Program-made: the position numbers and the translations under genes | The notes under the pieces: model-generated | Databases searched by the model: none | What the model was told of the DNA's origin: nothing | The model's input: only the letters and a program-made list of their open reading frames with translations | In this document: piece by piece, positions 28,463-37,394 of the stretch | Layout of the letters: the number at the start of each line of letters is the position of its first letter | Position numbering within the stretch: position 1 is the stretch's first letter | Origin: a virus | Taxonomy: Duplodnaviria > Heunggongvirae > Uroviricota > Caudoviricetes | Reading direction: 5' to 3' (one strand) | Virus record (IMG/VR): IMGVR_UViG_3300026478_000263 | Length of the DNA stretch: 64,000 bases

Positions 28463-30625
28463 ATGATTATTAACAATGCTCCGCAAAACGAAGCAATTTT
28501 GAGTAATGTAAGTGAAGTGGGCGAGTTCCGTATTCGCAACTCTGCTAAGGCATTTAACATTTTGAGTTCAGGCTTGTATGCTAACAAGATCCGTGCTATC
28601 ATCCGTGAACTGAGTTGTAACGCAGTAGATAGCCATACTGCCGCAGGCAAACAAGATACTCCTTTTGATGTACACTTGCCCAACCAATTGGAACCTTGGT
28701 TTAGTATTCGTGACTATGGTACTGGTTTGAGCCACGAACAAGTTACAAACATCTATACCACATACTTTGAAAGTACTAAGACCAACAGCAACGATTTTAT
28801 CGGCGCATTAGGTTTGGGTTCTAAGAGTCCTTTTAGTTATACAGATAACTTCACGGTAACCGCAATCAAAGACGGCGTTAAAGGTGTTTACTCTGCTTTT
28901 ATTAACGAAGCAGGTGTGCCTAGTATTGCCAAGATGGGTGAAGAACAAACCAGCGAACCCGACGGTGTCGAAGTTAAATTCTCAGTCAGTGACCGTTGGG
29001 ACTTTAGTAAGTTCCAAGAAGAAGCACGATATGTCTACACTTATTTTGCTCTGCGCCCAGTTATCAGCGGTGTCAGCGACTTCCGTTTCCGTGATGTAGA
29101 ATATGATGCTAAGGATATCATTCCAGGCGTTCACTCATACACAGACGGACACCGTCGTGCTGTAGCCATCATGGGCAATATTGCCTATCCTATAGATGTT
29201 CCTAACACAGAACAGGCTATGGGCGAATTGCGCCTGTTGTTGAACTGTGGTTTGGAAATGCACTTTGCTATTGGCGAATTAGACTTCCAAGCAAGCCGTG
29301 AAGGTTTGTCATACATTCCTCAGACTGTAGATGCCATCAAGCGCAAGTTAGAGGCAGTAAATGCTCAGTTGGCTGTTCACGTAGCCAAAGAAGCAGATGC
29401 TATTCCTAACCTGTGGGATCGTGCTATCTTCTTGACTAAGAAGTATCATAATGGTTTGTGGCAAGCGGCGGTTAAGAAGTATGTAGCAGACACTAACCTG
29501 TCTACATTCGATGACAGCCGTTACGGCGGTACTAAGACTTTCAAAATGGGTGTTGAAGATCTTGCTAAGAAATACAACATCGTTATCAGAGGTTTTAACT
29601 ATGCCAAGCACACTAAGGCATATCCTAACCGTAAGGCTGACACACAATACAGTGATAACAAGAACGCTCAAGGGCATTACGATATGTTTGCCTACTGGGG
29701 CATTACTGTAGAGGACCGTGTACAGTTTATCGTTAATGATACCAATATCGGTGCCCTTGAACGTGCCAAGTTCCACTATCGTGAAACTAAGCCAGACAAT
29801 AGTGCTACAGTCTTTGTCTTAGATAAATTAAACAAAGACAAAGTCATGAACACTAAGGCGTTCTTTAAGGCTATTGCTAATCCTCCAGAGGATCGTATTG
29901 TAAAAGCCAGTTCGTTGTCGAAGAAAGAACGTCAAGTTGGTTTGGCAAAGAACGTTACAATCTTGTGTTTGCAAGAACGTGGCACAGGTGGCTACTATCG
30001 TGAACGCGAAATGGTTTGGCGTGATGCTGGTAAGGCTGACAGTTTTGATGATGCTACTACTTACTACTACTTGCCTTTGAGCGGTTTTGAAGTTCAAAGT
30101 AAGTATGGTATGAGCAACGTCAAAGAGTTTTACAACGATTTGAAAGACTGTGGTTTAACTGGTTTGAAGACTACAATCTACGGTGTGCGTAAAGGCGACA
30201 TTGAGTTTATTAAGACTCAAAAGAATTGGGTCAACATTGAAGAGCACATTGTTAGTGTTTTGAGCAAGCCAATTGATAATAAACTTGTTATGAGTTTGGT
30301 ATTGCAGGCTGTTGACAATTTCAACCTGTTGCAGTATAATGAAAGCATCATGTTTAATGTTACTAACAAAAATAGTCCGTATGTTGAATTGGTAAAACAG
30401 TTCAAGGGCTATGAAAAGATTAAGTACAGTGAACAAAGTTTGAAGCGTTTGTGCAATCGTTATGCTCCTGGTGTAACCTTTAGTCCAGAAGCTCAAGTGC
30501 AGAAGTTTACTGATGAATGTGCAACCATTAGTAAGCGTTATCCGTTGTTGGCATACTTGCGTAGTGCGCCAAATCATGAAGTTGCTGAGTACGTTAATTT
30601 GATTGACACACAGAAAGGTGTTTAA
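28463..30625 (+). CDS. Hsp90/HtpG-like GHKL ATPase
   Basis: N-terminal motifs GLYANKIRAIIRELSCNAVDS, DYGTGLS and FIGALGLGSKS align with Hsp90 ATP-binding boxes ([36 protein letters not shown]); 720 aa. Confidence 0.6.
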   Translation: MIINNAPQNEAILSNVSEVGEFRIRNSAKAFNILSSGLYANKIRAIIRELSCNAVDSHTAAGKQDTPFDVHLPNQLEPWFSIRDYGTGLSHEQVTNIYTTYFESTKTNSNDFIGALGLGSKSPFSYTDNFTVTAIKDGVKGVYSAFINEAGVPSIAKMGEEQTSEPDGVEVKFSVSDRWDFSKFQEEARYVYTYFALRPVISGVSDFRFRDVEYDAKDIIPGVHSYTDGHRRAVAIMGNIAYPIDVPNTEQAMGELRLLLNCGLEMHFAIGELDFQASREGLSYIPQTVDAIKRKLEAVNAQLAVHVAKEADAIPNLWDRAIFLTKKYHNGLWQAAVKKYVADTNLSTFDDSRYGGTKTFKMGVEDLAKKYNIVIRGFNYAKHTKAYPNRKADTQYSDNKNAQGHYDMFAYWGITVEDRVQFIVNDTNIGALERAKFHYRETKPDNSATVFVLDKLNKDKVMNTKAFFKAIANPPEDRIVKASSLSKKERQVGLAKNVTILCLQERGTGGYYREREMVWRDAGKADSFDDATTYYYLPLSGFEVQSKYGMSNVKEFYNDLKDCGLTGLKTTIYGVRKGDIEFIKTQKNWVNIEEHIVSVLSKPIDNKLVMSLVLQAVDNFNLLQYNESIMFNVTNKNSPYVELVKQFKGYEKIKYSEQSLKRLCNRYAPGVTFSPEAQVQKFTDECATISKRYPLLAYLRSAPNHEVAEYVNLIDTQKGV

Positions 30626-30626
30626 A

Positions 30627-31424
30627 ATGTTTCCATATTTGATTCAAGGCAAAAATATTGTTGTTGTAATTAACAACAATCCACATACAATTACTTCTAC
30701 TCATATTGCCTATGAGAAAGTCAAAGAAGCAATTAAGACAGGTGACTGGGACACAGTACAGGAAGTAATTGAGCCAAAGAAAATTGTGCTCGAATATGGT
30801 GCTGGTAACATCGCTATCCAAGGAGACAAGTTCTACTGGAAGGGACAAGAGTTCCACAACACATTGGCAGATAGAATTATTTCTATGTACCAAGATGGTT
30901 TCCCAATTGAGCCTATGGTTCAGTTTATGGAGAACTTGATGAGCAACCCAAGTCATCGTGCTGTTACAGAACTGTACAAGTTTTTGGAAAAGGGTAATTT
31001 GCCAATTACCAATGACGGTCACTTCTTGGCATACAAGAAAGTTCGTAAGGACTATAAGGATTGCCACAGTGGTACAATGGATAACTCTGTTGGACAGATT
31101 GTTGAAATGGAGCGCAACCAAGTTGACGACAAGGCCGAAAACACTTGTAGTTCTGGTCTGCACTTCTGCTCACGTGAGTACTTGGACCACTTTGGTGGTG
31201 AACGTACAGTGATCCTTAAGATCAATCCACGTGATGTTGTAAGCATTCCTACTGACTACAATGCGTCTAAGGGTCGTGCTTGCCGCTACGAAGTTATTGG
31301 TGAATTGGGCGTACATCCAGACGATGCTTTCAAAGCACCTGTCCAGGATGAAGCCTACACACAAGAGCAGTTGGATGCCGCTGTTAAGGCCGCAGTCGAT
31401 GCCGCTCTTAAGGTAACACAATGA
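30627..31424 (+). CDS. hypothetical protein
   Basis: AAAGG RBS before ATG at 30627 (internal Met of track ORF 30603). Confidence 0.45.
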   Translation: MFPYLIQGKNIVVVINNNPHTITSTHIAYEKVKEAIKTGDWDTVQEVIEPKKIVLEYGAGNIAIQGDKFYWKGQEFHNTLADRIISMYQDGFPIEPMVQFMENLMSNPSHRAVTELYKFLEKGNLPITNDGHFLAYKKVRKDYKDCHSGTMDNSVGQIVEMERNQVDDKAENTCSSGLHFCSREYLDHFGGERTVILKINPRDVVSIPTDYNASKGRACRYEVIGELGVHPDDAFKAPVQDEAYTQEQLDAAVKAAVDAALKVTQ

Positions 31425-31597
31425 TTAGACTTTGGCTAGTCTTTGCAATCCTTGCCGTCCTGATCCATTTAGGTATTACTACCTGGAGGAAAATGGAGGG
31501 CAAGGAGCGTTGGTCATTGACAAAGTCATTGGCCTATAGTATAATTGTTTCACTGTTAGCACTAATGGTGATGACAGCAATCGTAATTTTATTTTAA
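31421..31597 (+). CDS. small membrane protein (58 aa), not in ORF track
   Basis: MIRLWLVFAILAVLIHLG... two TM helices; ATGA overlap. Confidence 0.3.
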   Translation: MIRLWLVFAILAVLIHLGITTWRKMEGKERWSLTKSLAYSIIVSLLALMVMTAIVILF

Positions 31598-31606
31598 GGA
31601 AAAACA

Positions 31607-32407
31607 ATGAAGCGTATTTTAACTCTCTCTATTCTTGCCGCCGCAGTTTTGGCAACGGGTTGTACTCGTATCGAAACTGGTGAAGTTGGTCTCCGTGTCG
31701 GTTTTGACAAGCAGGTCAAGAATGAGGAATTGCTTCCTGGTTCGTTTAACCAAACTATTATCGGCGATGTACTTACATTCCCAACTAAGGAAATTAGTGT
31801 CAAAGTTGAAGACATGACTCCATTGGCTAAAGATAATAGCACAATGAAGGACTTTGATGCGTTGGTTACTTATAATATCAATCAAGCACAAGTGGCCGAG
31901 ATTTATAATACAAAAAATAAATCATTCCACGCTAGTCATAATGGCGATGTTTACTTGATGTATAATTACATCTTTAATGCTTCACGTAATGCTATCTACA
32001 AAGCCGCACGTAAGTATGAAGCATTGGAAATGGGTGATGCACGTCAAGCAATGGAAACTGAAATCAAAGAACAAGTTACTCGTACACTGGCTGAAGAAAA
32101 GTTGGATGGTACTATTGTAATTGGACAAGTTCTTATTCGTAACATTGTGCCTGCAGACTCTGTTGTAGCCAGCGCCAACGAATTGGTCAAAGCCAAGAAC
32201 GAGTACAAGACCGAAGAAGTCAAAGTTGCTACTGCTAAGAAACGTAACGAATCGATGCAGGCCAATCCGATGGCAATTCCATTGTTGAAGGCGGAGGCAG
32301 AAGCAGAAGCCATGCGTAAGTTGCCCGATGCTATTGCCAACTTCAAAGGTCAAACTTTGGTTATCAACGGTGTTGTAACTCCTACTGTTACTACCAACGG
32401 TAAGTAA
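31607..32407 (+). CDS. SPFH/band-7 (HflK/C-, prohibitin-like) lipoprotein
   Basis: lipobox LATGC; SPFH-like core IETGEVGLRVGFDKQV... with coiled-coil and Ala/Glu-rich tail. Confidence 0.7.
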   Translation: MKRILTLSILAAAVLATGCTRIETGEVGLRVGFDKQVKNEELLPGSFNQTIIGDVLTFPTKEISVKVEDMTPLAKDNSTMKDFDALVTYNINQAQVAEIYNTKNKSFHASHNGDVYLMYNYIFNASRNAIYKAARKYEALEMGDARQAMETEIKEQVTRTLAEEKLDGTIVIGQVLIRNIVPADSVVASANELVKAKNEYKTEEVKVATAKKRNESMQANPMAIPLLKAEAEAEAMRKLPDAIANFKGQTLVINGVVTPTVTTNGK

Positions 32408-32408
32408 T

Positions 32409-32618
32409 ATGTTAAAACGTTTACTTTGGCAACGCAGTGGCGGACATTACCTCTTTTGGCTGTCCGCCATTTATCTAGTAGTTGGCTTTGCTAACATTGC
32501 CTACAAATTTACAGAAGCAGAATACATCCAAATGGTTTGGATTCTTTGCTTAATGATTCCGCTGGTAGTTAAACCCGTAGCACGTTGGCTCAACATGACT
32601 ACAATTTGGGAACGATAA
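32409..32618 (+). CDS. small membrane protein
   Basis: two TM helices; 69 aa. Confidence 0.35.
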   Translation: MLKRLLWQRSGGHYLFWLSAIYLVVGFANIAYKFTEAEYIQMVWILCLMIPLVVKPVARWLNMTTIWER

Positions 32619-32619
32619 T

Positions 32620-32693
32620 GCGCTTGAAGCTCAATGGATAGGCAGGGACTTCTAAACTCCCGATAGCAGGTTCGATTCCTGTCTAGCGCACCA
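32620..32693 (+). tRNA. tRNA-like gene with anticodon CTA (amber-suppressor type), slightly non-canonical
   Basis: acceptor GCGCTTG/CTAGCGC (one U-U), D-arm, anticodon stem GGGAC/CTCCC with loop TTCTAAA (CUA), T-arm GCAGG-TTCGATT-CCTGT, discriminator A, encoded CCA. Confidence 0.45.
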
Positions 32694-32714
32694 TTTTTAA
32701 GAAAGAGAAGTAGT

Positions 32715-32963
32715 ATGGATATGGATCAGGCGGCAGTATTTTTAGCCGGATCAGTTTTAACAGTTTTAGGATTCTTGATAATCCTAGGCGGTATTCTTAT
32801 CGCTAATAACTTAGTTGCCAAATATTGGAAGTCGTGGGGTTGGTCATGGATGCCACATTGGGCACATGAACCACAACGGTTTATGACACAAGAAGAATCT
32901 GAAAAGATTCCGCCATATATGAAAGACAATCATGGCAAAGAAGAAACAAGCAAAACAGTTTAA
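32715..32963 (+). CDS. small membrane protein
   Basis: N-terminal TM helix, 82 aa. Confidence 0.35.
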   Translation: MDMDQAAVFLAGSVLTVLGFLIILGGILIANNLVAKYWKSWGWSWMPHWAHEPQRFMTQEESEKIPPYMKDNHGKEETSKTV

Positions 32964-33156
32964 CTACGCAGTAGGACATTACTGGGAAGGCGAAACCGGC
33001 TCGGTAGGAACTTATGCTTACGGTAATGACATCTTCTACGGTACTATGGAACAGGCACAGAGCTTCTTGAAGTATGTTCAGGAAGAGAACAAGAAGAAAA
33101 AAGTGGCTGATCGCAGAGATTGGAGAATTTTTCAACTGATCGAAGTGCCGATATAA
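32932..33156 (+). CDS. hypothetical small protein
   Basis: 74 aa ORF; overlaps upstream gene end. Confidence 0.3.
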   Translation: MAKKKQAKQFNYAVGHYWEGETGSVGTYAYGNDIFYGTMEQAQSFLKYVQEENKKKKVADRRDWRIFQLIEVPI

Positions 33157-33168
33157 ATAAATTTGTAG
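33150..33168 (+). promoter_or_regulatory. T4-type late promoter motif GATATAAATAAATTTGTAG
   Basis: TATAAATA core 33152-33159; near-identical to motif at 3676. Confidence 0.4.
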
Positions 33169-33235
33169 GGTGGTCCTACACTAACACTCTTTAATAACTA
33201 GGCGTTTAGAGTGTACGCCGTAAAAAGGAAGAACC

Positions 33236-33994
33236 ATGATGTATAATCAAAAACTAGTAGCCTCTATCAAATCAAAAGGCAAAGTGCTCCGTGAATTCAA
33301 GGACACAGTCTATATTCCGTTCGCTAGCGAATATAGTATCTTACTCAAAAATCTTAATACAACTCGTGCTGTCGTAAATGTGTTTATCGACGGAGAGAAT
33401 GTCGTCCCTGGCGGATTGGTCATTGACCCGGGTCGGACTGTCGACTTAGAGCGTTGGATTAAAAACGGCAATCTCTCCGAAGGTAACAAGTTTAAGTTTA
33501 TCGAACGCACAAGTGCAATTGAAGATGGTCCACGTGGTATCAAACTAGAAGACGGGTTAATCCGTGTTGAATATCAATTTGAAATTCCACGCCCTATTCT
33601 AAACATTCCTACTTGGAGCTCAACTACTCTTACTAGGGGTATTAGTGGTAGTACAGGAGATTGGGCAAGCCCGATGGGTGCTACTTACTCTACCAATGCC
33701 AGTCTTAACAGTATGAATGTAACAGCAAGTGCCGCAAGTTTTAAAAATGAAACCGGCATTACTGTTCCAGGTAGCAAGTCCACTCAGTCATTCCAACATG
33801 TCACAGTTGGCGCACTAGAATCTACAGTACACAATATTGTGCTGAGACTAGTAGGCGACTTGGGAGATAACAAACCTGTTGAAAAGGCAGTGACAGTTAA
33901 AGCCAAACCAAAATGCGTAACTTGCGGCAAGCAGAATAAAGCTCACGCTAAGTTCTGTTCAGAATGCGGTACTGCATTAGAAATATTTGCGTAA
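33236..33994 (+). CDS. hypothetical protein with C-terminal zinc ribbon
   Basis: 252 aa; CVTCGK...CSECG C-terminal motif. Confidence 0.45.
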   Translation: MMYNQKLVASIKSKGKVLREFKDTVYIPFASEYSILLKNLNTTRAVVNVFIDGENVVPGGLVIDPGRTVDLERWIKNGNLSEGNKFKFIERTSAIEDGPRGIKLEDGLIRVEYQFEIPRPILNIPTWSSTTLTRGISGSTGDWASPMGATYSTNASLNSMNVTASAASFKNETGITVPGSKSTQSFQHVTVGALESTVHNIVLRLVGDLGDNKPVEKAVTVKAKPKCVTCGKQNKAHAKFCSECGTALEIFA

Positions 33995-33995
33995 A

Positions 33996-34030
33996 TAAAA
34001 ACACGGGGGGTGAAAGTCCCCCTTTAACTA
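33996..34030 (+). terminator. rho-independent terminator-like hairpin
   Basis: GGGGGGTGAAAGTCCCCC hairpin followed by TTTAAC. Confidence 0.45.
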
Positions 34031-34075
34031 AAGGAAACGAAAATGAAATAGATTGAATATGCTTGTAAGGACCTA

Positions 34076-34615
34076 GTGTTCCATTTTAACAAAAAACACT
34101 TAGAAGATCAGACCATACCTATGTGGGTCTTAAAATTTCATGGGGAGACATTATATGTCAATCACGTAGACTGTACAGTTGCTTGGAGCACCAAGGAAAC
34201 ACCAGACAACAGTCATACAAAAGGTAGCATTAAAGTCAAGAACGTACTATTACGTGTCGACGATGAAAACAATGCTCAAATCTCCGAACTCACGTTAATA
34301 GATAAATTTAGACTACGTAACCAAAAGTTAGGTATTACTAGAATTATGTTTAGACCTCATAGCGAAATGCACAAAGCATTGTTGGCTAACGAATACAAGC
34401 ACGGTCCTATGAAATACATTCAAGGTAGATGTACTAGTACATTTATTATTTGTGATCTTTTGGATAGGAAACAAGTAACGTTCGCCCAACTCAAGTATGA
34501 TGATTGGAGAGAAGTTAAACCAAACGAGTCGTACTACACACAATACGATGACACTAAAGGATCCAATTTACATGTCGACTATGGACACCCAAGTACACCG
34601 TTTGAATATAGTTGA
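34076..34615 (+). CDS. hypothetical protein
   Basis: 179 aa intact ORF. Confidence 0.4.
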   Translation: MFHFNKKHLEDQTIPMWVLKFHGETLYVNHVDCTVAWSTKETPDNSHTKGSIKVKNVLLRVDDENNAQISELTLIDKFRLRNQKLGITRIMFRPHSEMHKALLANEYKHGPMKYIQGRCTSTFIICDLLDRKQVTFAQLKYDDWREVKPNESYYTQYDDTKGSNLHVDYGHPSTPFEYS

Positions 34616-34750
34616 TTTGGCACTAAAATATATTGACTACTGATTTACACTTATATATACTATACAAAGTGATTTAGTATAATCGCTTTTAATTGCCGTA
34701 CGGAAGGTATGTAAATTTGCCGTACGGTTTACACATAAGGAAAATTTAAA

Positions 34751-35311
34751 ATGAAAAAATTTGTTATTGCAACTCTGTTTGCCGCTGTTGCCGGTGTCGC
34801 TTCTGCGGCAGGTAACGTAGTTGGATTGGAATATAAATTCGAAGATCCACGTGGCACAGGAGCCAACCAACAAGGTTATGAGTTTACTATCGGTACACAA
34901 GCCGCATCAAATGTTGGTGTTGACCTAAAAGGTGAAAACATGTACACAAATGGTAACGGTGCAAACTCTAGTAAACTAGAAGTTGGTGTTACTCCAACAG
35001 TTGGTATTACAGACAAACTAAGCGGATATGTTCGCGGTGCAGTCGGTGAGAAATGGCAAGTTGGTAATCGTTTCGATTACTACTCTGTTGAACCAGGTGT
35101 TAAGATTGCAGTTAATGATCGTTTTGGTCTAAGAGCTGGTTATCGTTATCGTACTGGTTTCTCCAGTGGCGACAACTACATGACACGCACTTGGAGAATT
35201 GGTGCTGACTACGGTGTTACTAAAAATGGTACAGCCTTTCTTGGATTTGATCGCCAGGAAGGTGATATCAACAGTAACGTAGTAAGTGTTGGTTACAAGT
35301 ACGGTTTCTAA
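34751..35311 (+). CDS. outer-membrane beta-barrel protein (OmpW/OmpA-like small porin)
   Basis: signal peptide AVAGVASAAG; alternating beta-strand pattern; C-terminal ...GYKYGF aromatic terminus typical of OMP barrels. Confidence 0.6.
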   Translation: MKKFVIATLFAAVAGVASAAGNVVGLEYKFEDPRGTGANQQGYEFTIGTQAASNVGVDLKGENMYTNGNGANSSKLEVGVTPTVGITDKLSGYVRGAVGEKWQVGNRFDYYSVEPGVKIAVNDRFGLRAGYRYRTGFSSGDNYMTRTWRIGADYGVTKNGTAFLGFDRQEGDINSNVVSVGYKYGF

Positions 35312-35322
35312 TCAAACCAAAA

Positions 35323-35350
35323 TTAATAAAGGGCCTTCGGGCCCTTTTGT
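35323..35350 (+). terminator. rho-independent terminator
   Basis: GGGCCTTCGGGCCC hairpin + TTTTGTTATT. Confidence 0.7.
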
Positions 35351-35484
35351 TATTGAAAAAACCTATAAGCGTTATTAAAATAATTATTGGAAAAACCTAT
35401 TGATTTTGCATTTTAATAGGATATATAATATACACATACAACGAAGAGTTGTTATAGTTTTCAAACACACACAAGGAGAAACAA

Positions 35485-36024
35485 ATGAAAACAGTTGGAC
35501 ATAAATTAGAAAAATTCGCAATTACTGGTGTTAAGCCAGGACAACCAGAAGATGCTTTCTTTGACATTACAGATGAAAGTTTTGCTGGCAAGTGGAAAGT
35601 AATCGTTTACTACCCAAAGGACTTCACATTCGTTTGCCCTACAGAGATTGTAGCCTACGATAAACTAGCAGGTGACTTTGCTGACCGTGACGCAGTATTG
35701 CTAACAGGTAGCACAGATAACGAGTTTTGTAAAATCGCATGGCAAAAAGCACACCCAGACTTACAGAAAATTACACATACACAATTTGCAGACACACAGC
35801 GTGGCGAGTTGTCATTGATTGAGCAGTTGGGTGTATTTTATGCTCCAGCAGGTGCGGCTCTACGTGCTACATTTATTGTTGACCCAGAGAACGTTATCCA
35901 GCACGTTACTGTCAACAACTTGAACGTTGGTCGTAGCCCAGAAGAAACTTTACGTATTCTTGATGCGCTACAAACTGGTGAGTTGTGCGCTTGTAACCGT
36001 ACAGTAGGCGGCGAAACTCTTTGA
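35485..36024 (+). CDS. peroxiredoxin (AhpC/TSA family)
   Basis: peroxidatic Cys motif FTFVCPTEI; 179 aa. Confidence 0.85.
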   Translation: MKTVGHKLEKFAITGVKPGQPEDAFFDITDESFAGKWKVIVYYPKDFTFVCPTEIVAYDKLAGDFADRDAVLLTGSTDNEFCKIAWQKAHPDLQKITHTQFADTQRGELSLIEQLGVFYAPAGAALRATFIVDPENVIQHVTVNNLNVGRSPEETLRILDALQTGELCACNRTVGGETL

Positions 36025-36458
36025 TAGGATCAATTATGCTTGATTGTTTAATCCTAGGCGATAGCCTAGCAGTAGGAGTAGGACAAGTTCGTACAGAATG
36101 TGTTACTCGTGCTAAGAGTGGCATTAACAGTTATGACTATGTTAATCGTCATGTGTTACACACTCAGGGCACTACACAGGCAAAAAATGTAATCATTAGT
36201 CTAGGGTCAAACGATACAGCAAAAATAAACACAGTGGAGGAACTAGACAGTCTAAGACAACTAGTAGACGCCACTCGTGTTTATTGGATTGTACCTAATA
36301 TCAAGGACGATAAGAGACGGGCAGTTCTTGCAGTAGCAGAAAAATACAAGGACTTTGTAATAGATGCTAGAAAGCACGAAACTAGCCCGGATCACGTACA
36401 CCCAACTTACAAAGGCTATAAAAGCATAGCCAAAGCAACTAAAGGAGACACACTATGA
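36021..36458 (+). CDS. SGNH/GDSL-like hydrolase (putative)
   Basis: LILGDSLAVGVG N-terminal block typical of the SGNH family; ATGA overlaps on both sides. Confidence 0.4.
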   Translation: MIGSIMLDCLILGDSLAVGVGQVRTECVTRAKSGINSYDYVNRHVLHTQGTTQAKNVIISLGSNDTAKINTVEELDSLRQLVDATRVYWIVPNIKDDKRRAVLAVAEKYKDFVIDARKHETSPDHVHPTYKGYKSIAKATKGDTL

Positions 36459-36973
36459 CACAATGGGTTGATCAATTAAAAGAAGGTTTACCAGAATACG
36501 CCAAGGACACAAAACTAAATCTGGATGCAGTAATCAAGCGTAGTACACTATCAGATGTTGTAGAAGCAGAAGGTTGTGCATTGGCCGCGGCTATGAGCAC
36601 CGGCAATGGAAAATTGATTAGTTTCATCATGAGCAACATCACAGACGAAAAAGAACGTGATGCCGCGATGACCGCTGGTTCAATTATGGCACAGAACAAC
36701 GTTTGGTATCCATATGTTGAGATGGCAGACGATGAGCAACTAAAGGGCTTGCCAGCACAGTTACGCATGAACGCTATCGCAAGCCATGGCGGAACTACCA
36801 AGGCTCGCTTTGAAGCATACAGTCTTGCCGCAAGTATTGTTGGCAAGTGTCATTTCTGTGTTAAGGCGCACTACGAAACATTGAAGAAGGAAGGCTACAC
36901 CGTAGAACAACTTCGTGACATCGGACGTATTGCCGCAGTGATCAATAGTCTAGCAAAAGTACTAAACGGTTAA
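36455..36973 (+). CDS. AhpD-like alkylhydroperoxidase (carboxymuconolactone decarboxylase family)
   Basis: CHFCVKAH CxxC-H motif; co-transcribed with peroxiredoxin. Confidence 0.75.
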   Translation: MTQWVDQLKEGLPEYAKDTKLNLDAVIKRSTLSDVVEAEGCALAAAMSTGNGKLISFIMSNITDEKERDAAMTAGSIMAQNNVWYPYVEMADDEQLKGLPAQLRMNAIASHGGTTKARFEAYSLAASIVGKCHFCVKAHYETLKKEGYTVEQLRDIGRIAAVINSLAKVLNG

Positions 36974-37030
36974 TACAAAAGTGTGGCGGTTTTCAAAATG
37001 TTGCAAAATCGCCACATTTCAACATAGGTA

Positions 37031-37059
37031 TTGACAAGTTTTATAAATACTCATATAAT
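37031..37059 (+). promoter_or_regulatory. sigma70 promoter TTGACA-17-TATAAT
   Basis: perfect hexamers; tandem with the promoter at 37124. Confidence 0.55.
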
Positions 37060-37123
37060 ACAAATATTGTAAAGCAATCACTTTCCACAAAACATTAGGT
37101 TGTCCAAAAAAGACAAAAAGATG

Positions 37124-37152
37124 TTGACAAAGATGTTGAAAGGCATTACAAT
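37124..37152 (+). promoter_or_regulatory. sigma70 promoter TTGACA-17-TACAAT
   Basis: consensus; drives small ORF 37211 and possibly the tRNA array. Confidence 0.5.
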
Positions 37153-37210
37153 ACAAAGACAGTAGCAATTCCGCTACAACTTTTAAGAAGGTAAGAAAAA
37201 GAGAAACAAA

Positions 37211-37372
37211 ATGCAAACGATTAGTTTACATAGACAAACGATATCTAAACAAGCCAAAGCGCCGGCATGTATGTCCGCCTATTGGTCACAGTTTAGTAAT
37301 GTCGGGCTAGGTCTAGGTAATGATCGTACACCTGAGATTATCGTAGGGTTCTTGGAGGATCGTGTAAGTTAA
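37211..37372 (+). CDS. hypothetical small protein (53 aa), not in ORF track
   Basis: RBS-like AAGAAGG upstream; followed by terminator hairpin 37395-37425. Confidence 0.3.
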   Translation: MQTISLHRQTISKQAKAPACMSAYWSQFSNVGLGLGNDRTPEIIVGFLEDRVS

Positions 37373-37394
37373 CAGTAACATACACAATAACTTT

